DNA of 64,000 nt, from assembly GCF_006345805.1 (NCBI RefSeq), contig NC_043006.1, positions 80,104,001 through 80,168,000 on the forward strand, given 5' to 3'. Positions within the stretch are counted from its first letter, which is position 1. Each line of letters opens with the position of its first letter. The translations under genes were made by a program, and so were the position numbers. Shown piece by piece: positions 42,145 to 55,019 of this stretch. The notes under the pieces are model-generated. The model made no database searches and was not told the DNA's origin. It worked only from the letters and a program-made list of their open reading frames with translations. The DNA is from Octopus sinensis (lineage: Eukaryota).

Positions 42145-43215
42145 AAACACTACATAGGCCAAACAAAACATAGCCTCCGCCAACGCATGACTGTCCACAG
42201 ATCCCAAATAAAAATACAGGAATATAGAAAAATAGCATTTAGTGCACATATTGATACCTGTGCCGCACAACTCCATCCCAATTTTAGAATCTTTCCCCTC
42301 TGCAAATTTAAAGACAATGCCACTCATACCCAGCGAATAACCATGGAATCCCACCTTATTAATAAATACAGACCACTTCTAAACACATGCCCCTAACACG
42401 AACCCACAACAAACACACTTACACCTGCACACACCCTACACACACCTTTACCCAGATATTAACACCATGACACACACAAATATATGGTTCCACACATACA
42501 CATAATTGAATACGGGTGCAAAACATCCAACACTATTTTTTGGAAATGGCTGTAAATATTGACTTCACACAAATACGTTGCTTCCCGATACAGGCACAAG
42601 GCCAGCAGAACTATAAATATTGAAAATTGTACCCACACACATACACATATATACACGCGCGCGCGCCCCAACATACATATAAACACACACACGCGCGCGC
42701 GCGCACACACATACATACATACATACAGCTCTCCCTGTTCTAAACGAACTTACTTATCCAGTCAAGCGGAAAATACACTCCCTAACTACGCGCTAAAAAG
42801 CTATTTAAAATATCCACATGACGTCTACTGACCAGCCTGAACAATAAGAATTTTCAACAACACTATTTTCGAAAATTCTAAACATTCACGTGACCTCTTT
42901 ATTATGGCCAAAAAGAAATTTTAGGCGGGACACTAGCCAAATTTTAACTTCTCTGGAGCCTTTTTTCTTACCCCAACACCAACTTCCATTCAAACATTCA
43001 CGTGACCCCTTCATAATGACCAATCAAAATTTTAGGCGCGAAACCAAGCAAATCCAAAACAACTCTGGAGCCTCTTTTTTTCACATATAAGAGACAGACT
43101 CTAATCTCTCTTTTATATTTTGATAAGCATAACAAATGCGCAACCGGTAAAAAGAACTTTCACCTAATTAAATTACTTAAATTACTTCAATATTTGTCAG
43201 CATTTTCTTCATTTC
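42145..43215 (+). mobile_element. 3' fragment of a Neptune-like PLE (GIY-YIG C-half and terminal repeat)
   Basis: [21 protein letters not shown]...FSAHIDTC...RITMESHLINKYRPLLN; ~112-bp tandem duplication at 42881/42993; decayed HHR TGATAA GCAT..ATGC GCAA CCGG TA at ~43121-43150. Confidence 0.85.
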
Positions 43216-43322
<107 letters not shown>

Positions 43323-43329
43323 GTGTATA

Positions 43330-43366
<37 letters not shown>

Positions 43367-43371
<5 letters not shown>

Positions 43372-43898
43372 GTCAGTGAAATGAAATGTACAATTTTGAA
43401 CTGAAAGTTTATTTCACTTTATCTCAACGGAGAACAATGCAGTTAATCAAAGTAACACCTAAATTATCAACACAATTTTACCATTTTATCGGTACCTTAT
43501 TTATGCCGCCAGCGAAGAATTCTGGAGAGCAAGAGGTGATGGAATCACGGAAGGCCGTTTTTGCATTTTGTTCGGATTTGAAATGTTTTCCTTGCAAAAG
43601 TTAAATGCCTGGAAAACATGATAGTTGGTGCAGCGTCTGGTAAATATGGTGGATGGCAGAGTACTTCCATATTCAGTTCCTGTAACTTGAGTAGTGTTCT
43701 TTGTGCAACATGTGGTTAAGCATGGTCTCGCAAGAGAATTGGCTTGTCTATTGATCAATCTCGGTTGTTTAATTGCAAGTTCACTCATCATTTCATTTAA
43801 TTGGTTAATGTATGAATCTGCTATAATTGACTTACCAGGTATCATCAAGCTGAAGTGGATGACACCAGCGCTGGACCACCAAACAAACCATTAGCTTT
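43367..43898 (-). mobile_element. mariner transposase 3' half, degenerate
   Basis: PGKSIIADSYINQLNEMM..LAIKQPRLINR and decayed HPPYSPD-like and GINK.P.KW..CVD motifs; TA-TCAGG terminus. Confidence 0.8.
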
Positions 43899-44150
43899 TG
43901 TTGACGAATAGTATAGCTAGAATTATCTCTGCCTACACCCCACAAGCGTATCTACAAAATGATCAGAAGGACCGCTTTTATGATATGCTTCTACAAGCTA
44001 CCTCAAAGACGAGTGGTAATGACCTCATCTTTGTGGCTGGAGATTTTAATGGGTATGTCGGACGGCAATCTGGATCTTTTATGGTGTTCATGGGGCCATA
44101 GAATTGAGTCCCGAAATGAAGAGGGAACTACGCTGCTGGAGTTCTGTGAT
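43899..44150 (+). mobile_element. RTE-type LINE apurinic endonuclease fragment
   Basis: RIISAYTPQ...KDRFYD.L...LIFVAGDFNGYVG...RNEEGTTLLEFCDA. Confidence 0.82.
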
Positions 44151-44270
44151 GCATGGTTCCGGGTTCAGTCCCACTGCGTGCTACCTTGGGCAAGTGTCTT
44201 CTACTATAGCCTCGGACCGACCAATGCCTTGTGAGTGGATTTGGTAGACGGAAACTGAAAGAAGCCCGTC

Positions 44271-44320
<50 letters not shown>

Positions 44321-44551
44321 GTGTGTGTGTATGTGTGTTTGTATGTTTGTGTGTCTGTGTTTGACCATCAACATCGCTTGACAACCGATGCTGGTGTGTT
44401 TACGTCCCCGTAACTTAGCGGTTCGACAAAAGAGTCCGATAGTACTAGGCTTACAAAGAATAAGTTCTGGGGTCGATTTGCTAGACTAAAGGCGGTGCTC
44501 CAGCATGGCCACAGTCAAATGACTGGAACAAGTAAAAGAGTAAAAGAGTAA
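44151..44551 (+). mobile_element. Family-A SINE, 5'-truncated
   Basis: Matches 59800-60161. Confidence 0.9.
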
Positions 44552-45035
44552 ACTCTCCCACAGAATATGCTAAATGAATTGACTATTTAATTTATTGTCA
44601 ATCTTCTGTTATTGTTCAGCATGTTGTGAACACAATCAATGTTTTCTTCGGCTGTGAGAGTTGCAGGACGTCCAAACCTTGATTTATCTTGAAGATCCTC
44701 CCATCTCCTTTGAATTCAGCTTCCCATTTTTGCATTGTTGACAAAGCTGGAGCATCATCCCCTAACGTGGCAATCATGTCAGGATGAATGTTGTTGGGTC
44801 TAAACCAATTTTTGGCTGGTACTTCATAACACCACAATGCTAAATTTGTCCATTATCAAGAGAAGTTGCTACTAGTTACATTTGGAGTATTTTTTTCAAT
44901 AATCAGAGATCACTTTACCTGGAAGAAAAATATGTAATTATTAATAAGAAGTGTTGTAATTAATGCATACAAGGTTTCACAGCTCTGACATCATACGCTC
45001 ATTGTCAGTCAATGAACTTTTCAGCCTACTCTCGT
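44552..45035 (-). mobile_element. mariner 5' fragment (HTH region and TIR)
   Basis: IHPDMIATLGDDAPALSTMQKWEAEFK; the terminus reads TACGAGAGTAGGCTGAAAAGTTCA on the minus strand. Confidence 0.78.
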
Positions 45036-45551
45036 ACAATTACAAATTAATTAGACATTTTAAGAATGAATGACAAAATTCCATGAATGAATTAAATTAA
45101 GTTAAATTAATTTTTATTCAATCTCTTTTAATACATACGTGAAGCTTATTAGAACAATCAGATATACTCTGACCCAATTTAACATATAGAACACTCATTT
45201 TCGTCCTGGAGCTAAGGTTAATTTGAAGTCAGATACGAAGTAAATTTTTTAGCCATATTAGATTTCACCTTACCCTTTCCCTTTCCTTTTGTATCTAAAA
45301 CTATAATAGAATAATGAAATAAGCTAGCCACGCATAAATAAACTCAGGCCACTTCTGACCACCATTTTGGAAAGACCCTAAATGAAGGTGCATAGTAAAA
45401 TATTGAGGGTTACATACACAACTTACATACTATGTGCTGCAGAAGCAAGTGTCGGTAATTTTTAACTCATTAATTATGCTGTATAATTAACTGTTAAATT
45501 AAAAGTAAAATTTGAAGATGCAAATTGCTATTGTTTTGGATTTATACTCCG

Positions 45552-45579
<28 letters not shown>

Positions 45580-45583
<4 letters not shown>

Positions 45584-45840
45584 GATGCGGTGAATATATC
45601 GTCGTCTAAATTACGCAAACATGAAAATATCACTGACATCTCATTTTAACAGACATATTTACCAAAGTTGCATAAAAATATCTTGAAATACTAAAGAGTA
45701 AACTTATTCAATAAAATCGCCATTCGCTTCAACCGCGGTCTCCAGACGATTTCGGACTCTCCTGCAGCTCTTCTGGTCTGTCTCCTTGTTGAAGCTGATG
45801 AATGCTGCCATAATCCTTGTGTTCAGTTCATCTTTCGCCT
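45580..45840 (-). mobile_element. maT/DD37D-type transposase 3' fragment
   Basis: KDELNTRIMAAF...SCRRVRNRLETAVEANGDFIE*. Confidence 0.7.
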
Positions 45841-45994
45841 TGAATCGAAAAATCATGATTCCTTAGTTTCCGTGATCACGTGTTGTCTTGTCAACTGTCA
45901 GTTGACGTATCGAAATGGGAAGAGAAAGCTAATGGGTTGTGCAGACACAGACACAGACACACACACGCACGCATACACACACACACGCACGCAC

Positions 45995-46038
<44 letters not shown>

Positions 46039-46171
46039 GAGAGGTATCCAGAAAACCCAAGATGGCAAGTAACGCTATGTAAGTACTATGGAAAGACCGT
46101 AGTTAAACTCTCGTCGATAATGATACGAATGAGTAGTGTAATGCGGGTCTTGTATGAGCATGTATATGTTA

Positions 46172-46708
46172 AATAAAATGAGACAACAAAGCCAAAGCTT
46201 TGACTTCTCTCTTCATTTTAACACACACATCTCCTCTCCCATCTGTATCCACTTGATACTATCACTACATTCTCAAATTTTCATTCACACCACAAGATCC
46301 CTTTGACTGACCAGTACATGGTATCTACGTCTCCACACTTTCCATTTGTGATGACGATATATGGACTCCTATTAGAATTTACATTACACTAACAGGAAGC
46401 ATTTATACCTCTTTTATACACCACTTGCCTTGGATAATGGAACTGCAACTATGACATCTTTATACATTTTTATCTTTATTTCCACATTCATTCTCCTATT
46501 TCCTTATATACTCCTTATTTGCTTCCTCTTTCCAAAATAACTCTCCTATATTGAACTCTAATATTTCCCTCTATTTAGCCACCTCACATCGTCTCTGATG
46601 AAAAGAAAGGATATCCCTAATATCCCAGAAACAGCTGTAAGACTAACTTTATCTTTATAATTATCCTGAAAACTCCACACACCCTTGGCTTTGTTGTCTC
46701 ATTTTATT
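46172..46708 (+). mobile_element. PLE terminal-repeat fragment bounded by a perfect 24-bp inverted repeat
   Basis: AATAAAATGAGACAACAAAGCCAA (46172-46195) pairs with 46685-46708; contains an HHR. Confidence 0.7.
46591..46643 (+). ncRNA. Type-I hammerhead ribozyme motif (minimal, palindromic stem III)
   Basis: GUCU CUGAUGA [AAAGAAA GGAUAU CCCUA AUAUCC CA] GAAA CAGCUG UA AGAC; GUA triplet. Confidence 0.7.
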
Positions 46709-46715
46709 CAATACT

Positions 46716-46784
<69 letters not shown>

Positions 46785-46787
<3 letters not shown>

Positions 46788-47993
46788 GAGGGTGCGGAGG
46801 GTATTTGATGACACATGTATTTTTAGTAATTATTTTCTTTGACTAACTTTTATTGAACTTCTATTTCAGAAAATAACAATAACAGGCCCCACGCTTACAA
46901 ATGAAATGAAAAGACATGCTGTGGTTGTGGCTTTAAAGGCTAAGCCACGTGATTTAGAAATTTTTCGTTTTCTGAAAGTTGCAAGATCTGTCCACAAAAT
47001 TCGTTATGAGTTAGAGAACGAAGGTGTAAACGTAATACATGTATCAAATCGTACAAACTATTCCAAACATTCAGGACACCTGAATTTATTCAGGAAGTTA
47101 AGCATAACATTGAAAACAACCCAGGGGAATCAATGAGGTCAATTGCAAAAAAAAAAAGAAAAATCGTGTATCAGAAAAAAAACAATCAGAAATGTTGTGC
47201 ATGAAGTCATCTTACGTGATGAGGAGAGAAAAACAAAAGAAAACCCTTTAATCAGATCCAAAAGACTTTTGAACAAACTTAAAAAATCCACCAGAAGATG
47301 GTGTGATTTGGTTTTTCTCAGATGAGAAAAACTTTGACCAGGACCAGAAAACTGACTGAGGCTTAATTGCAGACCCTTCTGAGGTTCTGAGTGTAGTGCA
47401 CACAAAATTTCCTGAAAGTGTCATGGTTTTGGGTGTTGTTAGCAATGAAGGACATGTGATACCTCCTCTCTTTTCTCCTCAAGGCCTTAGGATGAATACT
47501 ACTGCACATATTGAGATTATGAATAAAGTTGTTAAGTCTTGGATCAACAGTGTATGCAATGAGAGGCCTTATGTCTTTCAACAAGATTTTGCACCATCAG
47601 ACAAGGCTCAAATGACACAAGAACGGATGACCGACAATTTGCGTGATCACACCACCCCAACATTTGGCCTCCTAATTCTCCAGATCTCAATTCACTGGAC
47701 TACTATGTATGGAGTATCGTTTAGAAATCTGTCACTGAACACCTCCGTAGCAACAAAGTTTTTTCAAAGCCGCCGTAGTTCGAGTCATGTCCGATGTGGA
47801 CAAGGACCACTTAATCCGAGCTTGTAAACGATTTCGACTTGGCGTAGAGGCAGTTATTGATGCTTCTGGTGGTTTTATTGAATGAAATTATTAAACTAAT
47901 GATTTAGCTTTATGTTTATAGTATTTTAATAAAAATACAGTTTTTTTCTGTTATTATATAAATATGTCCTCAGATACCGTTCACAATATCCAT
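46785..47993 (+). mobile_element. Near full-length degenerate maT/DD37D (Tc1-mariner) transposon
   Basis: MKRHAVVVALKA..., FSDEKNFDQDQK, TKFPESVMVLGVVSNEG, PYVFQQD.AP and WPPNSPDLNSLDYYVW across frames; weakly matching TIRs. Confidence 0.88.
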
Positions 47994-48289
47994 ATAGATA
48001 ATACTGCATGTATTCACAACGTTCCATATTTCCTTCAATATAGGGTCAGTGAAAAATTGATGAACCAAATTGCTCAGGTTAAACAAGTAGAGCTCTGTAA
48101 ATGACCATGGATGGTTGGCTTGCAGAAAAAGGCGAAATCATTGGAAATTTAACATGAAAAACATCGAGGACCAGGGGATTTGAAAGAAAAAACATATGAC
48201 GCATTTCGATATTTCTAGCAATTCTAGTGAATTCATACAGAGATGCTCAAAGTCTTCATATAGGTATATCCCACAGCACACATGTGATG

Positions 48290-50329
48290 TTAATTACCTG
48301 AACTTTTGGTAGATATATCCATTGACATTGTTTCAGAAACAGAAGAAACATCAGTAAATTCTTTTGTTGGCAACTTTGAAATTTTGTGCAAATTACGAAG
48401 AATGCTTCGACGAACAATCTTTGTTGATAGAAACGATAAACAAATAAATAGTCCAACGAATGAGTTTAATATAGAAAATAACAGAGAAACTTCTTCAATG
48501 TTTGTAAATGTATACAAAAAAGCGAATGTCCATGTAAGTCCCATTACAAGGAATAGTTTTATGGAAATGATGAACTCCTGTTTATTATGTTCTGATAAAA
48601 ATTTTGAAGAAAGTTTGTTGGCCATATAGAGCCCTCTGATTGTGAGTATAAACGCTATGATATTAAGGCATAAAATTATCATTATGGGGATCGCAAAAAA
48701 CCATAGGAGACTTTTTCCATTTGTAATCCAGCAAATACCAATTCCATATTCTGGAGAAAGACCATGATTTCCAGGTGTGTTCTCAAATATCAGTGATACA
48801 GATACTATTACAAGTGGACATATCCAAGCATACAAGGAATACAATGCAAGCCTCTTGGTGCCTTTTCCTTTTCTTCGAAGCTGCATAAATCCTGAGAAAG
48901 TGTGCCAGGCATCAAATGACATGACATTCATCCAGAAGAAAGTCGCTAAAAATGCATAATGCATGACAACAGCTAAAGATTTACACAGCACTGTAGATGT
49001 AGTGACTTGTGATGAGATAAGAAATAGAAGCTCAGCTACAAACAGTGCTGACAAAAGACTAATGAGTAATTTACCTGGTAAGGTACGGAGATCAGGTATA
49101 CAGATATAGACTATAATAGTGATTGCTAGAGCTGGAATATAGATTACGAGTCCTACTAATGTGATATAGCTCCCAGCTACGGAATATTTTGACATATCAT
49201 TGATATTTGATATCTTATTGGTACCATTGTTTACACAGATACTTATTATACCTTGAGAATCACGAATGAATTCTGATTGGTTCAGCAAACGTTGGGTATT
49301 ATTTAAGTAGAGACGACCATCGTTGGTGATGTAGTATTCCGATTCATTTAAACTCGTTGTCGTACAGTTTAGTTGAGGATGGTAGATAACTTGTCGACAT
49401 TGATTGGTATTGATATCGTAGACAGCTTGTTTTGGACACGATGGCAACTCCACCAGTGTATGCTTCTTTGCAGTGGACTTATCAGTTACCTTTATAGAAT
49501 TTGTATGATAATTGAAAAGGACTGTTAAAACCGTAGGGAGAACTTTCACGTTAGCTTTAGGATAGGGCACTTTACACGGAACCTCAGAAACCCCGTTGCA
49601 TGTGGCGCAGCCTCGGTTTTTGTAAAACCTGAAATGTTTATATTTGGTACGTATAAAATATTCTTCCTTATCTAAATATATTAACGCTATGGGCTGTGAT
49701 TCACATGCGATTCTTTGTTCCGTGTTATTGTTACCATGAGGACAGTTCGAAATATATGGAATACAAGAATACAAATATTTCTCCAGATCTTCTGATGGAG
49801 GTTTCAGAGTTGACTGGCATCTATTCTTGACATAACTTGTAATATCTTCGAAGCTTACATTGGGCCTGAATTCACATTTATATAAAAGATTCCAAAGAAT
49901 AAATTCCTCTTCATGACACAGAGCGCAATATAGGTTCCTATAGAGTATTTTACTTGTTTTACCAAAAGCAGGTATGTTTTGTAGTTGATCATCTGAGTCA
50001 GGATTTTCACAATTGTTTACGTATTCCATAACATCATAGTTAGGTGGACAACGATCAATTTGATAATAATACGAGCCATCAGCGTCTTTACAACTATAAT
50101 ATGATGATCGATAGGGTTGTTTGTGATAAAAAGTTGTCTTATTAATAATGTCAGAACAACATTCACTGTAGAGGTTGCAGTATTGGTGACACGAACAACG
50201 TTTAGGTATGCCAAGTGTGGGAGTAACAGAACACAAAGCTGGGCTACAGTTGTTGAAGTATGTTGCATGTGATATAATATTTGAGAGCAGTGGAAGTAAA
50301 ATTACAAACGATTGAATAAAAGTTCCCAT
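48290..50329 (-). CDS. Class-B (Methuselah-like/secretin-type) GPCR, paralog 3, 679 aa, uninterrupted CDS
   Basis: Intact ORF colinear with paralogs 1 and 2. Confidence 0.94.
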   Translation of the reverse strand: MGTFIQSFVILLPLLSNIISHATYFNNCSPALCSVTPTLGIPKRCSCHQYCNLYSECCSDIINKTTFYHKQPYRSSYYSCKDADGSYYYQIDRCPPNYDVMEYVNNCENPDSDDQLQNIPAFGKTSKILYRNLYCALCHEEEFILWNLLYKCEFRPNVSFEDITSYVKNRCQSTLKPPSEDLEKYLYSCIPYISNCPHGNNNTEQRIACESQPIALIYLDKEEYFIRTKYKHFRFYKNRGCATCNGVSEVPCKVPYPKANVKVLPTVLTVLFNYHTNSIKVTDKSTAKKHTLVELPSCPKQAVYDINTNQCRQVIYHPQLNCTTTSLNESEYYITNDGRLYLNNTQRLLNQSEFIRDSQGIISICVNNGTNKISNINDMSKYSVAGSYITLVGLVIYIPALAITIIVYICIPDLRTLPGKLLISLLSALFVAELLFLISSQVTTSTVLCKSLAVVMHYAFLATFFWMNVMSFDAWHTFSGFMQLRRKGKGTKRLALYSLYAWICPLVIVSVSLIFENTPGNHGLSPEYGIGICWITNGKSLLWFFAIPIMIILCLNIIAFILTIRGLYMANKLSSKFLSEHNKQEFIISIKLFLVMGLTWTFAFLYTFTNIEEVSLLFSILNSFVGLFICLSFLSTKIVRRSILRNLHKISKLPTKEFTDVSSVSETMSMDISTKSSGN

Positions 50330-50673
50330 TTTAAAACTATAATTAACAAAGTAATAATTGAGCCATCAAGTCTTGGTGATATTTTCGTAATTTATTTTAT
50401 TGCTGTAAATTTAAAGTCCTGATATGTATCTTGAAATTTTATTTAAATATTACGTTAATCATAGAAAGAAATCGCTTTTCAGTTTCCATATTTGTACAAT
50501 TTGGAAACATGCATCAATACAGTTAGCAACTCTCTTGTTTCAGATTTCTTGTCAAGTTATTAATACGAAATCGTCACCATTAAACAATCCCCGACCATCT
50601 GCTTTAGTTTCAAGCAGGTCTCATATTATATTGATTGTAAATTATCAATGCTTGCACTTCGGCCACGAGACAG

Positions 50674-50772
<99 letters not shown>

Positions 50773-50830
50773 GAAGATAGTAAGAGTGTCTGTAAAAGAA
50801 GAAATATATAATTATACATATTATTGTAAA
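50330..50830 (-). promoter_or_regulatory. Splice acceptor (AG 50791-50790) and leader of GPCR gene 3, interrupted by (TA)n
   Basis: TTTCTTCTTTTACAG|ACAC; 50425-50575 aligns with 33420-33570. Confidence 0.6.
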
Positions 50831-50879
50831 TGCAAACACCCATACACACACATACACACACACACACACCCACACACAC

Positions 50880-50945
<66 letters not shown>

Positions 50946-51422
50946 AATGATACATACACTTCTAAATTTAAATCTTGCTTATTTATACTACTAATCAAAG
51001 TCCACCCCTAGTAAATACATAATATATCAATGATATTCAGTTGTAGATTACTATTAGATGTCACAATGTATTGTTAGTCTAATTTGAAAATATACTTTTA
51101 TTATTACTTTTAAGAAATGTCATACGTGTACTCCTTTTTACGTGTAGAGAAAAAAATAGTTAATCTGTGATCCCTTTCTTAAGCGAATATTTTCCAGAGT
51201 ACTGCGACGCGTAATCACGGTGGTGTGAGTTCGAGTCTCATAGCTGGCCGCCAACGCTTATTTCTGCAAAATAGGGGTAGCTTATCCAGTTCAGGTTAGA
51301 TTATTAGCCTTATTCTGCGTTTGAGAATTAAAATCACTTCTTTCTCTTGTCTAAGACATCTCAACGCTTATAAAGCAAACTTCGTTTGTTTGTTTACGTT
51401 CATCGCAATTTGAAAATATAAG

Positions 51423-51554
<132 letters not shown>

Positions 51555-51709
51555 TTGCTGGAAATAGTAAGAAACCATGGTCTGGGAAATAGTTGAGATG
51601 GTAAACGTTTTAAATTTCATTCCTTTCGAGAATTTATCCTTATTTGGTGGTTTGAGTTTTCTACTGCTCTTTCTAGCACAAGGCTTTCCTATTTGGAAGC
51701 CTCCTATTG

Positions 51710-51745
<36 letters not shown>

Positions 51746-51771
51746 CCCCTCTCTCTCTATATATATATAGT

Positions 51772-51850
<79 letters not shown>

Positions 51851-51977
51851 CATTTATGAGTTAGTGTTGTAAGATTCCTGATATGAAACTGTGTGTTGAA
51901 ACAGATATTGTTATATTTTAGGATGTAATATAATATTGTTATATTTCAGGATATTTTGCCAAGTAAGCGCAGGCACC

Positions 51978-52166
51978 ATTACTGTTCTTATTTTATCTTA
52001 TGTCCATTGTCCGAAAATCTTTCTTCACATATTCGTGACTTATTCAGAGAACTGACGAAGCGGAATAGGAGGATACATGTAGACGGAAAGGGTTGCTGAA
52101 GAGGTCACAGATGTGTTACGAAAGATTTCCGGACAATGGACATAAGATTAAAATAAGAACAGTAAT
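51978..52166. repeat. Inverted repeat of an HHR-bearing end (divergent copies)
   Basis: 51978-52050 is the reverse complement of 52094-52166; the plus arm reads CTGAAGA GGTCACAGATGTGTTAC GAAA. Confidence 0.7.
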
Positions 52167-53149
52167 ACATGAGCGTAAAACGGATATATAGTGTGTGTTT
52201 TTTTTTGGCAAAAAAATGGATCATCCGAAAATGTAAAACTATACATACTACCCAAGATGGTACACTGTGGGACAGCACCCGGAACCACGAGGCTGGAAAG
52301 CAAACTTCTTAACATACAGCTACTCCTGTATTTGACAATAAATGTAATTCTTGATTATTAATTCACTGAGTTTTATTATTTTCAACACATTTCGAAAAGA
52401 TAAACGTATTTGCCGTCAGTATTGAAAACAAGAGAATATTAGTGTATTAAATACATTAGCAATAACAAATACTGTAATAAGTCAATTAGATTTCAAATGA
52501 ACAAGTGTTTACGCTGATTGAATGTTGTTTTCGTAGTAGTCTCTCTCACTCTGTCTGTTTCTTTTTCTATCTCACACACATATACACATGTTCACACACA
52601 CTTGCACATCCCCGTCCACACACACACAAATCATCATGCGCTTATCCTGACATATCTCCAGACATTGCCACTATCTATACGAGAATCGTTGACAAGTGTA
52701 ACTGAAATAGCGCATAACAAATGAAAAATCCTTCGCCTTCTTCTATTCGTTTTCTCCCCCTCTTTCCCTTTCTCTTATTTTTATACATATCCACCTTCTT
52801 AATTCCTCCTCTCCTCCATAATTTCATCCTCACAGACTCATCCCACGTACACACTTTTAACTTGTTTTCCCTGTTATCCCCTCCTAATACTTTCAAATAA
52901 CGAGGTTCGATAGAAGCACAGTGTAATAGCATTACTTTTATGCAAATCTGAGGAAGTGCTTCTCCAATGCTCGAAACCGCATATATTACTAATTTTTCTT
53001 TTAGAAATTTCGCCTAAACTGGCGTTGAAACTGGAGATGGTAAGGAAACATGTGTAACTTATAATTAAAGATGTGTTAAAGTATTTTCTTTGTCTTCTTT
53101 TAATTCGTATATACATACGATTTTTTCTCTCCTTTTTTTCTCTCCTTGT

Positions 53150-53295
53150 TTCTCTCCTTGTTTTTCTGTGTCCCTTTCTGTAGAAGGGCGTAGGCTCGAA
53201 ACGTAAAAGTCTTTTTCTATTTCTGAGCGTTATACTAATACATCTGTTTGTTTTGTACACCACCTATCTTTTGTTTTTTTTCGTAAACTCTCCCT
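53150..53295 (+). mobile_element. Short non-autonomous repeat with HHR-like core, ending at (TA)n
   Basis: TAGAAGG GCGTAGGCTC GAAA CGTA; family of 18900 and 55708. Confidence 0.7.
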
Positions 53296-53394
53296 ATATA
53301 TATATATATATATATATATACGTATGTATGAAATTGAATATTTGTAACTTGCTGATTAGTAGAGTTTTAATCTAATGAGCAAGTGTTTAGTTTC

Positions 53395-54480
53395 TTACTC
53401 ACTAATAACTTATAGACTTGTACTTCACAAAAGATACTCTAATGCTTATATTTCTACCTACTATTCAAAGTACAATATGTTGCAATTATAACATGGTATA
53501 TTAGAAAAAAATATTAGATTTGGACTCCGTATATGTATAGGATATAAAAAATACAACTACTAGATTATATATCGATTAAATGATAAAACAGGTGTATAGT
53601 ATAGAAATATCTTTATTTCTAATTCTCTCTAAAGGGGACTACGGCAGCAGTACTAGATATTAATAGTTATCGCCAAGCTAACATGGCAGTCCAGATATTA
53701 TCCTATTTATCTGGACTGCCATGTTAGCTTGGCGATAACTATTAATAGGTGTATAGTAATTATATATAAATACTATATTATAGAATTAAAGGCGATGATT
53801 AATGGCTTGATAACAAAATATCACGTATGTTAAAATGTCTTCAACTAAGAAAGCTTAATATATTAGCAGCGATCTCAGAACTCTTGTGATAGATTGGTGT
53901 ACGGTTGATAAATAGGAAAGACCGTCAATGGTAGGGACGTTCTGATCCTTATTTTTCTTATTAATTTTTATAAAATCAAAGTATCTGTATTTATACTGAA
54001 ACAAAAACACTTGTGCCCAACAACTCGAGTGTCAAAGCGTTGTGATTTCCTCGTTCTTTGTTCATTGCAATAAGACTTCGCCTTCTATGTTTTTATTTTT
54101 ATTCTCGCAAATATCAACAGAGCATTTCTGTTCAAACACAACTAATTTATTGCACCAATATTTAATATAAATTAACACACAAAAAAATCGACATCACCGA
54201 GAAGACTAGAAAATTACATAGAATACAACTTAAAAACATTTGCATCAAAATCAAAAGATGAATAAGAAGTAAGATATTAGCATAATTAGGTGGATGTAGG
54301 TTAGCAGGTGCGTAAACACAGTCGTTAATGATAAGTAGACAGAGTGTATTACGATACACCCATTTGTATATAATGAACTAATTTCATGACAATCAATGCA
54401 TCCAAGTGTGAAATCCGTGCAGTGTTTGTGTTATCTATACACGACAGTATTATATGAGTGATTTATTGAAAAAGTCTGGA
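53395..54480 (-). promoter_or_regulatory. Conserved upstream block of GPCR gene 3
   Basis: Homologous to the 26350 and 37120 blocks, but lacks the segment carrying the donor site. Confidence 0.5.
53602..53746. mobile_element. 145-bp insertion with a perfect 40-bp hairpin and 12-bp flanking direct repeat
   Basis: Arms 53658-53697 and 53708-53747; AGGTGTATAGTA at 53590-53601 and 53747-53758; absent from the paralogous blocks. Confidence 0.85.
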
Positions 54481-55019
54481 GTACTCCACTTAAATTATTC
54501 ACGTATAAGTGTGTGCGTGCGCGTGTTTGTGTGTGTATGTGTGCATGTGTGTATGTGTGTGTGCATATACACATTATTCACTCACCATTTAGTTAAAGTG
54601 CATAAGAATTGACATATTTCCTTCATAAAGTTATATATAACTTTTAACTAGTTTTGTACTTTAACTGTGAATAATCTACACACACAAACACACACATACA
54701 CTCACACAGAAACACACATACAAACATACACACACTCATACACATACACGTAAACACACAAACATACAAATATACACGTTTGCATCACTTGAATCAATCA
54801 CAATAAGAATGCATTTACTATTGCAGTATTAAATAGAAAATCACTACATGGCAGTATATTTGCTCTCGCCCAATACTGCTTATGTCCATATGCCTTCATC
54901 CGCATTTGTAAGCCTACTGTGTACGTCACATATATAAACACGAACCTCTACACAAATGTCTTACACCTAATTTCCATTTCAGTCTTTACCCTTAAACTGA
55001 TTACTGCTTTTCAGTTCTC

